Positions 18,713-28,705 of a DNA stretch of 64,000 nucleotides are shown piece after piece. Source of the stretch: an uncultured bacterium (GTDB taxonomy: Bacteria > Abyssobacteria > SURF-5); assembly GCA_964607485.1 (NCBI GenBank), contig CAZSKP010000022.1, positions 1-64,000 on the forward strand, read 5' to 3'. The first letter of the stretch is position 1. The number at the start of each line of letters is the position of its first letter. Under the pieces are notes generated by a model. It made no database searches. It saw nothing but the letters and a program-made list of their open reading frames with translations, and was not told the origin of the DNA. The position numbers and the translations under genes are program-made.

Positions 18713-21700
18713 ATGAGTATTGAAATCGACCCACAATTCAAGCACCTTGTTCCTGAATACCAAGAGGTCTTGGCTAAAGTCCAAAATGATTTCAAGATTC
18801 GAATTCGTCCGCTTCAACAACTGACAGGAGGCAGAACAGGAGCCTTACTCTATTTGGTCAGTGCAACCTCAGAAGATGATAGATCTCTGGAACACTACAT
18901 ACTGAAGCTTGATCATGCGGCGGATTGGGGAAAGGGCTGGGAGAACGAAGCAGAGAGACACCGGAAAGCCTGCAAGCTAACATCAGCCGACTTTTGCCAA
19001 AGGCATATGGCGCGCCTGGTTTACGAACCGGTGGAACTTGGGAAGGCGCTGGCAGTTATGTATACGATTGCCGGTGGTTCTTTGCTCCAATGTCGTCCTC
19101 TGGCAGGCTTCTCTCAGCAGACACGCTTGAAAGAGATCTATTCCATTCTTGGACGAAGCCTTGTTGATGAATGGAACAAGGGAACTCTTAAAACGGTAGA
19201 AAGTTGGCATCCTCAGGACATTCTTCGCCATTGGTTGGGATACCGTCTCGATTCTGGTGAAGGGCATATTCATAAGTTTCTTATCAATGAGTGCGGCTTT
19301 GACCCTGAGATGGACGGTCTCATAGTCGGGGGGAAAATCTTGCCAAACCCAGTGGCCTACGGCACTAATAGGAAATTCTGGGGAGACACAAGAGGGCTTG
19401 ACATCCTGAGAGGCTTAATCCACGGAGACCTTCATGGCAATAACATACTAGTAGAATATTCGCAGTATGGAAATGATCTCAAAGGCTATTATTTGGTTGA
19501 TTTTGCAAACTTCGCGGAAGGATCCCCTCTTCTTTATGACCACGCGTACCTTGAGCTCAGCTATCTGCTTCCGCAATCTGAAGGTTTCTCATTTGAAAAA
19601 TGGATAGAGTTCGCAGAGATATTGGCCTCTGACGACATTCCTGATCCGAAGCTCATGCCAACGGAGCTGTTAGGGGCCGGTTGCGTAATCAGATCGATGC
19701 GAAGTGCTCTTGACACGTGGATAAGGGAAAATCATTCGAGTCTTCGTGACGATCTCTGGGGTCTCTATCGTCTCGCAGCAACCGCAGTCGGCATGAACTT
19801 CTGTAACAAGACCGCGTTGAATAGGGAAGAGCGATTCCACTCCCTGGCGTACTCAGCCATCTATCTAAATGCGCACTGTATCTACTTCAATATACCACAT
19901 CCTTCTGGCGCCAAAGAGCTCAGGTTGAAAACAGAGCAGTTTGCCTTGGATGTTGGTACAACATGGGAGCCGTTCCTAGATGCCTGCCATAGCTTCGAAA
20001 GGGAGAGAATCTTCGTTTTGGCTTGTGGAGACGACTTGCGGGACATCTGTTCACTGTTAGGTCCCTTGGGGCGAGTTCCCTGGTCTCTCGTACTTGACTT
20101 TGATCCGAATACACAAGCAGGTGGGCTTTGCGAGTACGTACGAGACGAAATCGAAAGCAGGAGAGCTCTCCACATAATTACCTGCGAGGAGAAAATGTCT
20201 CTTAACCCTGCTCGCGCGACTTATTGGTATGCAGCTAGGGGATTAGCAGGGAGATCCAGCACGTTTCCGAGAGGCGAAGAGTGGCTTGACTGGAAGCTGA
20301 AGTATAACCGTCCTCTTGCAGAACTTCTCACAGAATTGGCCAGTTCGTCCGGAGAACAACCTGTTACCTTTCTGAATCTCTGGAACAATCCAAGTTACGT
20401 AAGAAAGATTTGTGATCTATTGACTGATGCATTTGGCGATCGCTTGGAAATTGTTTTCGCAACGCCTAGCCCAGAGCCAATCCTAGAAATTAGCCAGGAA
20501 TACAGTGCGAGGACATTTCCACTGGAGACAACTCAAATTGCCGCTGGACTGGAGAAGTTATTCAGGAAAGTCTCAATACAAGAGGATTTGACATACTTGC
20601 CCTCTGCGAACAATAGACGTGCCGCAATTGACCCTAAGGACGTGGCCTTTCTGCAAGAAGAAATAACCTTGGTTCATCTAGGCGTCGGTATTGACGAAGA
20701 ACAGGAAGATGACACATCATCGAGCTTCCTTCAGGGTGACAAGATTACTTGGTTTGAGCTCAGTCTACATAAGGATGTGTCGCGTACAAAGACAGACGAT
20801 CTCCGAAGCCGCATGGAGGGTGACTTGACAAAGCGTTTAACAACACAGTTCAATCTGTACCACCGTCCCGGAGGAGGCGGATCTACAGTCGCTCGACGCA
20901 TAGCCTGGGATTTACATCACAGGTTCCCCACGATTCTTATCCATAAAATATCAGGCAGTACGGTAGGCCGACTCCAGCTCATTAGAAGCTTGGCTTCCCT
21001 GCCAATCTTGGCAATCATTGAGACCAGTGAGTGCGCTATGGATCTTGTAGACAGTTTGTTCCTGATGACAAAAAACGAGAATATCTCAGCAGTATTCTTG
21101 ACTGTATCCCGCAAATTTGATTCCATCAATGAGGAAGAAAGAGTTCGCTATCTCCGAGAGACACTCAATGTGGATGAGGCTGGACGTTTTGCAGAAGTTT
21201 ATGGTCGCGAGAGATCCGATCGCTTAGCTCTTCTCCGAGACCTTGCTCGAAATGAAAAGAAGAAGGACCTCCGCGCCCCATTCTATTTCGGATTGACAGC
21301 TTTTGATGCTGATTTTGTCCAGTTGGACACGTATGTGAGGGCGCGTCTGGAAGGAATGTCTCAGACCGAGGAAAAGGTTGTCTGCTATATAGCTCTGGCC
21401 TACAGGTATGGTCATCAGACATTGCCCGCCCAGATGTTCGCTCAGATTCTGGGACTAAGCTGCAAAAGCACGGTTCGACTTGAGAAAGCTTTGGATAAGA
21501 AAAGACTTAACCTACTCATCCGTGAGAGCAAGAATGACGAGGTCAGCTGGCGTCCTACTCATCAGATAATCGCTGTTGAGATTTCGGAACAAATTTTGGC
21601 AGGCGATTTCGCAGATCGCCGTTTATGGCAAGACAACTTGTCAACTTGGGCTATTCGATTCATAGATGACTGCGAATTGCTGTTTAGTGCTACTAGTCGT

Positions 21701-23149
21701 GTTCACAGCGAAAGGGTTCGGGAACTCCTGTCTCAGATATTCATACTGAGGGAAAGCGGGGACATTCTAGGAGCTACAGGAACTCGATTCTCCAAGCTGA
21801 TCGAAGACATTCCGGCAACAGAGGGCAAGCTGTCAGTATTGCAGGCGCTTGTAAACCGATTTCCTGATGAAGCACACTATTGGGCACATCTCGGTCGCTA
21901 TCAAAGTTATCAAAAGGATCACGCCGATGCATTAGTTTCTATTCAAAAGGCTGTCGAATTGAGCGATAAGGACAGAGTCCTACACCACATGAAAGGCATG
22001 GCATTGAGAACCCATGCTTATGATCTAATGCACGATCTAATGAGAGAGGTAAAAAGAGAACCCCTATCGGGCGAGCCCTCGGACGCAGCCTTAACAGAGA
22101 TAAAGGATCTCTGGCAACAGAGTGCTGAAGCTTTTGCGCTTTCTCGCGAACTTGACCCATACGGAGAGGCTGGCTATGTGTCCCACATACAACTCCTTAC
22201 GAACGCGGTCGAGTTTGGGTTTAAACTGTCTGGTAAGCGCACTTATGAGGAATTTTTGACAGACCTTGATTCTGTGGAGTACCAGGAAAAGGTGGAGGAA
22301 GCCGAGGCGCTTCTTTCAGACCTGAAGCGCCTTCAAGGTGGCGAGGGACGTCGCTTCAGCCATTACGTCGAGGAATGCGAAACACGTCTTTCACGAGTTA
22401 TGGGAGATTATTCTAAAACCATTGAAGGTTGGAAAAAGATGTTAGTGAGGGGCGATGTTCATAAACCACCTATACGGCGAAGACTTGTTCTCGCGTACTT
22501 GGGCAGCAAGAACCGATCTTGGGAAGAACTTGAGCAAAAGGACCTCAATATGATTGTTGAATTGATGGAAGAGAACCTCCTCGCCGAACCAGGCAATGAA
22601 AGAAACATTCGGCTCTGGTTCGACGCTGCGCGGCGCACTTCCACAGTCACGACCGACGCAGCAATAGAGCGATTGAGCTATTGGAGTGCTCGGAGTGACC
22701 TGGTGGATCCAGTCTATTACCTATACATGCTCCAAGCTTTGAAGACGATTGAAGGATCAGCAGCTGCAAAGTTGAGCGCAGAAAGATTCTGCGAGGAGTG
22801 TCGACGAAGAGCCCGGAACCTACCCTACCGTAGACATTCATATAACTGGCTTGGAAGCGGGGTTGGAATGAAGAGACTGGTTCATTACGCGCTTCTTGGT
22901 GAATGGGATCGTGAAAAGGACTTTTGGACTAATACAATGCCATTGGTAAGGATGCATGGTCTCATAACTAGGATTCACAAGCCTGAAGCAGGCACTATTG
23001 AACTGGATTGTGGTTTGGAGGCTTTCTTTGTTCCGGGGAGGTTGCCCGAGAGAGGAGTCACGAAGGAGAGACATGAGAACAAGCCTGTAACTTTCCTTCT
23101 AGGTTTCAGCTATGATGGACTCAGGGCTTGGAGGGTGGAACTGGAATGA
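18713..23149 (+). CDS. SAMD9-like STAND NTPase with N-terminal kinase/phosphotransferase-like domain; candidate anti-phage protein
   Basis: Kinase motifs GGRTGA, YILK, HGDLHGNN and DFA; PWSLVLDFDP; P-loop LYHRPGGGGST; TPR-like WAHLGRY...ALVSIQKAVEL...HHMKGMAL; C-terminal VTFLLGFSYDGLRAW; SD AGGAGAGG. Confidence 0.8.
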   Translation: MSIEIDPQFKHLVPEYQEVLAKVQNDFKIRIRPLQQLTGGRTGALLYLVSATSEDDRSLEHYILKLDHAADWGKGWENEAERHRKACKLTSADFCQRHMARLVYEPVELGKALAVMYTIAGGSLLQCRPLAGFSQQTRLKEIYSILGRSLVDEWNKGTLKTVESWHPQDILRHWLGYRLDSGEGHIHKFLINECGFDPEMDGLIVGGKILPNPVAYGTNRKFWGDTRGLDILRGLIHGDLHGNNILVEYSQYGNDLKGYYLVDFANFAEGSPLLYDHAYLELSYLLPQSEGFSFEKWIEFAEILASDDIPDPKLMPTELLGAGCVIRSMRSALDTWIRENHSSLRDDLWGLYRLAATAVGMNFCNKTALNREERFHSLAYSAIYLNAHCIYFNIPHPSGAKELRLKTEQFALDVGTTWEPFLDACHSFERERIFVLACGDDLRDICSLLGPLGRVPWSLVLDFDPNTQAGGLCEYVRDEIESRRALHIITCEEKMSLNPARATYWYAARGLAGRSSTFPRGEEWLDWKLKYNRPLAELLTELASSSGEQPVTFLNLWNNPSYVRKICDLLTDAFGDRLEIVFATPSPEPILEISQEYSARTFPLETTQIAAGLEKLFRKVSIQEDLTYLPSANNRRAAIDPKDVAFLQEEITLVHLGVGIDEEQEDDTSSSFLQGDKITWFELSLHKDVSRTKTDDLRSRMEGDLTKRLTTQFNLYHRPGGGGSTVARRIAWDLHHRFPTILIHKISGSTVGRLQLIRSLASLPILAIIETSECAMDLVDSLFLMTKNENISAVFLTVSRKFDSINEEERVRYLRETLNVDEAGRFAEVYGRERSDRLALLRDLARNEKKKDLRAPFYFGLTAFDADFVQLDTYVRARLEGMSQTEEKVVCYIALAYRYGHQTLPAQMFAQILGLSCKSTVRLEKALDKKRLNLLIRESKNDEVSWRPTHQIIAVEISEQILAGDFADRRLWQDNLSTWAIRFIDDCELLFSATSRVHSERVRELLSQIFILRESGDILGATGTRFSKLIEDIPATEGKLSVLQALVNRFPDEAHYWAHLGRYQSYQKDHADALVSIQKAVELSDKDRVLHHMKGMALRTHAYDLMHDLMREVKREPLSGEPSDAALTEIKDLWQQSAEAFALSRELDPYGEAGYVSHIQLLTNAVEFGFKLSGKRTYEEFLTDLDSVEYQEKVEEAEALLSDLKRLQGGEGRRFSHYVEECETRLSRVMGDYSKTIEGWKKMLVRGDVHKPPIRRRLVLAYLGSKNRSWEELEQKDLNMIVELMEENLLAEPGNERNIRLWFDAARRTSTVTTDAAIERLSYWSARSDLVDPVYYLYMLQALKTIEGSAAAKLSAERFCEECRRRARNLPYRRHSYNWLGSGVGMKRLVHYALLGEWDREKDFWTNTMPLVRMHGLITRIHKPEAGTIELDCGLEAFFVPGRLPERGVTKERHENKPVTFLLGFSYDGLRAWRVELE

Positions 23150-23193
23150 CGTATTGGCCCCAAAGACTGTGCTATATATGAGCTGCAAACGGC

Positions 23194-24048
23194 GTGAAAT
23201 ACAAGCATTTGACAACGATCCCAATCATCGACGCTCACGTCCACGTCTTCCCCCAAAGACTATTTGAGGCGATAAAGGGCTGGTTTGAGGCCCACGCATG
23301 GGAATTCAGCCGCCAGGGCACGGCGGAGGATTTTATCCAGGCCCAGTTCGACAGCGGGGCGGCGGGTCTCGTGCTGATGGCCTACGCCCACCGCCCCGGG
23401 ATTTCGCGGGGCTTGAACGAGTTCACGGCCGGCCTGGTCAGACGTTTCCCCCACACAGTCGGTCTGGCCGCGATTCATCCTCAAGACGATAATCCGCGCG
23501 AGATCCTGAGGCACGCCTTCGAAGAATGCGGCCTGCGCGGTGTCAAGCTGCACTGCCACGTGCAGGCCACGGCGCCGGACAATGAGGCAATGTTCCCCAT
23601 TTATGAGGCCATCTCTGAATATGACGGTGTCATGAATATCCACGCCGGGCGGGAGCCGGCCATCGATGCCTATGGCCTCGACGTGCGCGCCATTACGGGC
23701 ACGGGTCGTGTCGAAAACGTGTTGCGGCGGTTTCCCCAACTAAAAATGGTAATCCCCCATCTGGGAATGGACGAGTCGGAGCGATTTTACGGCCTGATGG
23801 ATGAATATCCGAACCTGTACATGGACACGGCCATGGCGCTGGGTCATTTCTTCGACCTGACGGTCAGCCGGGACAGGCTCATGCAACACGCTGACAGAAT
23901 CCTGTACGGGACCGACTATCCACACATCCCATATGAGATGGAGAGAGAAGTGAGGGCGCTCCTGGAGCTTGACCTGGGCGAGGACGCCCTGCGCCGCATA
24001 CTGTTCGAGAACGCAAGAAAGCTTTTTCGGCTTGACCCTAAGCTGTAA
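23194..24048 (+). CDS. Amidohydrolase (Amidohydro_2 family)
   Basis: IIDAHVH, GVKLH, IHAG, IPHLG and LYGTDYPH. Confidence 0.9.
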   Translation: MKYKHLTTIPIIDAHVHVFPQRLFEAIKGWFEAHAWEFSRQGTAEDFIQAQFDSGAAGLVLMAYAHRPGISRGLNEFTAGLVRRFPHTVGLAAIHPQDDNPREILRHAFEECGLRGVKLHCHVQATAPDNEAMFPIYEAISEYDGVMNIHAGREPAIDAYGLDVRAITGTGRVENVLRRFPQLKMVIPHLGMDESERFYGLMDEYPNLYMDTAMALGHFFDLTVSRDRLMQHADRILYGTDYPHIPYEMEREVRALLELDLGEDALRRILFENARKLFRLDPKL

Positions 24049-24225
24049 GAGTGAGCTTCTCTCCCTAAGCCTATGTGACTGAATTCAGCGGAATGGGTTA
24101 TAGTGGCTCAGGCCGTTCATCATTTCGGTAACCTATCTGGTAGGCCAGTTCGCTGGCAAGCCCGTCGCATCGCTGGACAGAGAGAAAAATATTTCGTAGA
24201 ATTAGTCACAAAATGAGTTGATGGC

Positions 24226-24705
24226 ATGACAGACAAACCAGAGACAAATCCTATGGTCGAGGTGTTTCGAGCCTCGATAGGCAAGAAGCTCGAATATGCG
24301 CCGCCGTTCACCGACTGGCTCGACGGGCGGATTGTGTCCTGCGACGTGGGCGAAATAGAGATGACTTTCAAGGTGCGTCCGGAGATGGCGAACCCCACGG
24401 GCCTGCTCCACGGCGGCATCCAGGCGGCCATCATCGACGACCTCATCGGGATGACCGCGGCCACGCTCGGCGAGGAAGGATTCATGCTCACCATCGACCT
24501 GCATGTGAACTTTTTGGGGAAAGTCGAGGTCGGCCAGACCGTGAAGGGACGCGCTCGGTTCATCCGGTCGGGCAAGCGGATAGCCCACGCCGTCTGCGAG
24601 ATATTGGACGAGCAGGGCAACCTTGTGTGCCGGGGGGATTCGAACCTCGTGAAGACCGGCTATGTCCCGGAGTATCGGAAGAGGGTGGACTCGGCGGAGG
24701 AATGA
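24226..24705 (+). CDS. PaaI family thioesterase
   Basis: NPTGLLHGG...IIDD hotdog-fold motif. Confidence 0.9.
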   Translation: MTDKPETNPMVEVFRASIGKKLEYAPPFTDWLDGRIVSCDVGEIEMTFKVRPEMANPTGLLHGGIQAAIIDDLIGMTAATLGEEGFMLTIDLHVNFLGKVEVGQTVKGRARFIRSGKRIAHAVCEILDEQGNLVCRGDSNLVKTGYVPEYRKRVDSAEE

Positions 24706-24733
24706 CGACGACCCCTCGCCCGCATGAAGCGTC

Positions 24734-25873
24734 TCAGTTTCTGAAGAACCGTGCGATACCGGTTGAAATCAAAACGACGCCGGCGGCCACCAGATACATG
24801 TGAGAGTATCCTATCCGCTCCGCCACTGCGCCGTAGGCGAACGAGCCGGCCATCACGCCCGTGTCAAACGCCGCCGTGAACAGCGCCAGTCCCTTGCCCC
24901 TGTCCTGCTCCTTCACCCTGTCCACTATGGACGCGGCCACGGCCGGAACGGCGAACCCGATGCCCGTCCCCCATATGAACCCGCTGAGAAGCAGCTCAAA
25001 CGGAAAATGGAACAGCCCCAGCCAAAGCAGAGCCACGCTCCCGGCAGCGAATGACGGCAGCGCCACCCGGCGGCGTCCGTACTCATCGGCCAGATGCCCC
25101 AAGAAAAGCCTGGCAATTGCGCCGGCCGTCGAACTCGCCACAAAGAAATACGCCATGCTGATGTTCATCGGTTCGAGATAGACGGCGATGAAATTCACCA
25201 GCGCCCCCACGCCGGTGCAGAAGAAAAACAGCGCGCCCACGGGAATCAGCAGGTCAAGCTGACGCAACAGCGTGATGAAACCGATGGGCGGAAACTCCAG
25301 CTTGGCGGGACCGCGTTCTTTCAGAAACCGGGATATCACAAGGCTGGCTATCAGGGTCGAGAGCGCCGCACCAAACAGGACCTGAAAGCCGAGGTGGGCG
25401 ATTATGAATTCCGCCAGCACCGGGAGCACGGCGAAGGCGCTCATTCCCGACAGCCCGAACACGCCTATGACCTTTGCCCTGCGGGTAGCGGGGGCGTCGT
25501 CGGCCACGACGGTGAATATGCCCGTGATGTAACATCCGAACCCGACGCCGTGAGACACGCGCACCGCGAGAATCACCCAGTTGATTTCCCGGCAGAAGAA
25601 ATAGCCAATCGTGGCCAGGCACATCAAGCAGAGGCCGAAGTATATGAGGCGTTTGCGTCCGTACCGGTCCACCGCAGTTCCGACCACGGGGCGAACCACA
25701 ACCGACCCGAGGGCGAACGCGCCCATGTAAAGCCCGATCTGAAACTCGTTTGCGCCTAAGTCTTGCAGATAAAGGTTGAAGTACAGAAAGAAGACGATAT
25801 TGGAGAGAACGCCAAAATTACACAGAAAAGACAGGATGAAGTTCCTGCCGAATGTCTTTTCGGAATACCGAAT
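24734..25873 (-). CDS. MFS transporter (probable ATT start at 25873)
   Basis: MFS motif A (GTAVDRYGRKR; GHLADEYGRRR). The frame stays open upstream of the ORF-track ATG through TM1 (FGRNFILSFLCNF) up to an ATT at 25873. Confidence 0.85.
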   Translation of the reverse strand: MRYSEKTFGRNFILSFLCNFGVLSNIVFFLYFNLYLQDLGANEFQIGLYMGAFALGSVVVRPVVGTAVDRYGRKRLIYFGLCLMCLATIGYFFCREINWVILAVRVSHGVGFGCYITGIFTVVADDAPATRRAKVIGVFGLSGMSAFAVLPVLAEFIIAHLGFQVLFGAALSTLIASLVISRFLKERGPAKLEFPPIGFITLLRQLDLLIPVGALFFFCTGVGALVNFIAVYLEPMNISMAYFFVASSTAGAIARLFLGHLADEYGRRRVALPSFAAGSVALLWLGLFHFPFELLLSGFIWGTGIGFAVPAVAASIVDRVKEQDRGKGLALFTAAFDTGVMAGSFAYGAVAERIGYSHMYLVAAGVVLISTGIARFFRN

Positions 25874-25970
25874 GGGTCATCCTCGCTTTCGTTTCGGCGC
25901 CCCCCGTGTGCGGGGAGAGAGCAGGTTCCAGGAGACATACTACGGGAAGCAAGTAGTACGTCACATTCTT

Positions 25971-26091
25971 GTCATCCTGAACGAAGGGCCGCAGGCCCGA
26001 GTGAAGGATCTCGTCTTTTGCCGGATCTGCCACAATCTTTGAGATTCTTCGCGGAGTTTATCCTGAGCGCAGCCGAAGGACTCAGAATGAC
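25971..26091. repeat. Nested palindromic REP/MITE-like element
   Basis: Outer arms GTCATCCTGA/TCAGAATGAC; inner arms GAAGGATCTC/GAGATTCTTC; internal GGGCC-GCA-GGCCC hairpin. Confidence 0.75.
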
Positions 26092-26232
26092 GATTATCAG
26101 CCGCTCCGAATAGTATGTATATTCTATACACCCAGCGGCTTTTTTCAAGAACAAACTTCCCCGGAACGAGGCCGACGTGGTAAAATCAACGGGATGCTAT
26201 AGGGAAACACACGTCGGTCGAACTGCCATCTC

Positions 26233-26424
26233 ATGGAAGAATATACCGACTGTCCCGTCTGCCAAAAGCGGACGCCGACGGAAAATCTAAACTGCATCCA
26301 TTGCGGCGAGGCGCTGCCCAGGCCGGTAGGCGTTCTGTCGGGACTGCGCTATTCGTTCAAGGGCTGGCTCGCCGCCCTCATCGCGTTAGCGGCGCTCATC
26401 GCCTTCCTCGCGCTCATCCTGTAA
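26233..26424 (+). CDS. Small Zn-ribbon membrane protein
   Basis: CPVC...CIHCG followed by one C-terminal TM helix. Confidence 0.7.
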   Translation: MEEYTDCPVCQKRTPTENLNCIHCGEALPRPVGVLSGLRYSFKGWLAALIALAALIAFLALIL

Positions 26425-26644
26425 GCTTCCATCTCCTAAGAGTCCGGCGCAAACCGGCCGACCACAAGCCGGGGAAACGGCCGCCGGGAAGCCACAAATT
26501 TTGTGCCGCCGGGTTTCAATTACGTAACCTCCGCGCCGTATCCGCCGCCCCGCTGTCGTGAAAACGCTCGAAAAACAGCCTGTTTTCCATCGCTACCCGG
26601 CTGGCATCCAATTTGCTCCCCCAAGAAGGCAGGAGGAGTCTGCA

Positions 26645-27079
26645 ATGGAATATTCAACATCCCATACGCGCACGAACCACGCGGAACTGCTGAAGAAGTC
26701 TGTCGGGATTCTCTCGCTCACGGTGGCAATCCTCTGCCTCATCTCAAGCATGGCCATGGCCAATCCCTCGAGGCAGACGATAGAGATGGCTGCCGGAACA
26801 ATCGTCGTGCAGGGAGAAAGGGTGGCTCTCCCCTTGGATGAGGGCGAGTTCCTAAGCGAGGGATTCATCCTCGCATCACGAGGGAAAAACGATGGTCAAG
26901 CGACCGGCGTCGTCGACACGCCGGCCGGCTCACACGGTGATACGTCGGGGTATAAGACAAAGACCGTCGTTCTTCAGAATCCGTCGGAACATCCCAAGCC
27001 CACAATTTTCCTGATAGAGGAACGTTCGAATAACGGAGAGCTCTATCTGGGCCTGCTCTCATTTACGATTCCGTGGTAA
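26645..27079 (+). CDS. Hypothetical exported protein
   Basis: SD AGGAGG before ATG 26645; hydrophobic signal-like segment ending AMA. Confidence 0.55.
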   Translation: MEYSTSHTRTNHAELLKKSVGILSLTVAILCLISSMAMANPSRQTIEMAAGTIVVQGERVALPLDEGEFLSEGFILASRGKNDGQATGVVDTPAGSHGDTSGYKTKTVVLQNPSEHPKPTIFLIEERSNNGELYLGLLSFTIPW

Positions 27080-27126
27080 TCGGCGGCGCGAACCCGGCTG
27101 TTGCCGGATGCTTCGAGAACCTTCCG

Positions 27127-28389
27127 TCACTGTGATGTTTCCGGATACTCGATTCCTCTCTCTTCCAGATACGTGATTCCTCTCTCGACGAGTGGCTCGA
27201 CCACGAGCCCGTCGAAGAGCTTCAGCTTGTTTGCCAATCGGGGAATCCTCAGAAGAAATAAAGCCTTCTCAAGCGTCCATGCGGCGTATCCGCCAATCGT
27301 CACGCGCCCGAAGCGGGCGACCGCCCGGCGACCGCCTACGGGCATGGCCAGCCCGCGCTCGGAGTACCGAAATTCCTCCAGGGGTCTGTTCTCGATGCTG
27401 TTCCTGATGTTGGCCGCAACGAGCCCGGCCTGTTGAAACGCCGCCTGCGCGCTCTGCGGAACCGGCATCGCAAAGGCGTCGGTGTTTATGGCGTCTCCCA
27501 TTGCATACACATCCTTGTACCGAGGCAGTTGCAACTTGGAGTTCACGCGGAAACGCCCTTTTTCGTCCAGGGGAACGCCGAGCGAGCGATACAGCGCCAG
27601 TCCCTTCAATCCGCCGGCCCAGACCACCACGTCGGCGCGAATCGAACGCCTGCCCTTCAGATGAACGCGCCCCCGTTCGATCCGGCTGACCTTTGTATCG
27701 GTCAACAGGCGAATGCCGGTCTGCTTCAGGATGCGCTCCGTTTCCGTTCTCAGCTCTTGACCCCAACCTGGCAATATCTCAGGCGCGGATTCTATGAGGG
27801 ATATGTCGGCCGGCTTCCGCTCGGGAATCCTTGCTCCGTGGTCCCGTCGGTCACCCAGCAGATGCCACATCTCGCAGGCAAGCTCGACCCCGGTCGCGCC
27901 CGCGCCGATAATGGCGATTGAATGTGCGGCGCGGCCACCCCTCTTGCGGGAACGCTTCGCCTGCGCGGTCAGTTCGGAGATTCGGTCGCGCAGCCTGAGA
28001 CAATCCTCCAGGGACTCGAAGTAAGAGAGCGGCGAGTTCCGCCCCGGCGGAACAGATTCCGCCGTTCCTCCCAGTGAAATCACGAGGAAATCGTAACCCA
28101 CGCCGCCGCCGTCAGTCTCGACGACGCGCCGTTTCGGGTCGATGCCGGTAACCTGCGCGATCTTTACTCGGCAATCGCGGCAAACGTCTCGCAGCCGAAA
28201 TCGAGCGGCTTCGGCAGAGAGCCGCCCTGCAAACACTTCGGGGAAAAGAGGCTTGAACTCGAAATGCGCGCTGCGGCTTATGAGCGTCACATCGAACTTC
28301 TCACCCCGAGGCCAACACGGCTGCAGCTTCTGCGCCGTGTACACTCCTCCGAAGCCTCCGCCAAGAATCACTATGCGCGGCTTTTTCAT
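27127..28389 (-). CDS. NAD(P)/FAD-dependent oxidoreductase, type II NADH dehydrogenase family
   Basis: IVILGGGFGG, IIGAGATGVELA, VVWAGG, YAMGD and PQSAQAAFQQ. Confidence 0.88.
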   Translation of the reverse strand: MKKPRIVILGGGFGGVYTAQKLQPCWPRGEKFDVTLISRSAHFEFKPLFPEVFAGRLSAEAARFRLRDVCRDCRVKIAQVTGIDPKRRVVETDGGGVGYDFLVISLGGTAESVPPGRNSPLSYFESLEDCLRLRDRISELTAQAKRSRKRGGRAAHSIAIIGAGATGVELACEMWHLLGDRRDHGARIPERKPADISLIESAPEILPGWGQELRTETERILKQTGIRLLTDTKVSRIERGRVHLKGRRSIRADVVVWAGGLKGLALYRSLGVPLDEKGRFRVNSKLQLPRYKDVYAMGDAINTDAFAMPVPQSAQAAFQQAGLVAANIRNSIENRPLEEFRYSERGLAMPVGGRRAVARFGRVTIGGYAAWTLEKALFLLRIPRLANKLKLFDGLVVEPLVERGITYLEERGIEYPETSQ

Positions 28390-28705
28390 TCTCCGCCCTC
28401 CGCACGATGCGCGTATGCGTCATACTCTCTTCTTTTGTATCATAACAAATAACGGCAGAAATGAAAGCGGCCCACATAGGCAGACCTATTTTCGCCTGGC
28501 CCCGCGAGGGATGAGACTCCTTTCAGAACGATTACCCGACCCCTTTCATTTCTTCGTCCTCTCTTTTCTCGTCTCTGTTCATTGCCAAGATGTCAGGATA
28601 ATCTCGCCGAAAACCCACCTTGAAATCGCGGCAGTTATATGCTAGGATTGAGATACAGAAGCAACGAACGCAACGGTGTTTTTCAGGAAGGCTTGGGCAG
28701 ACAAC

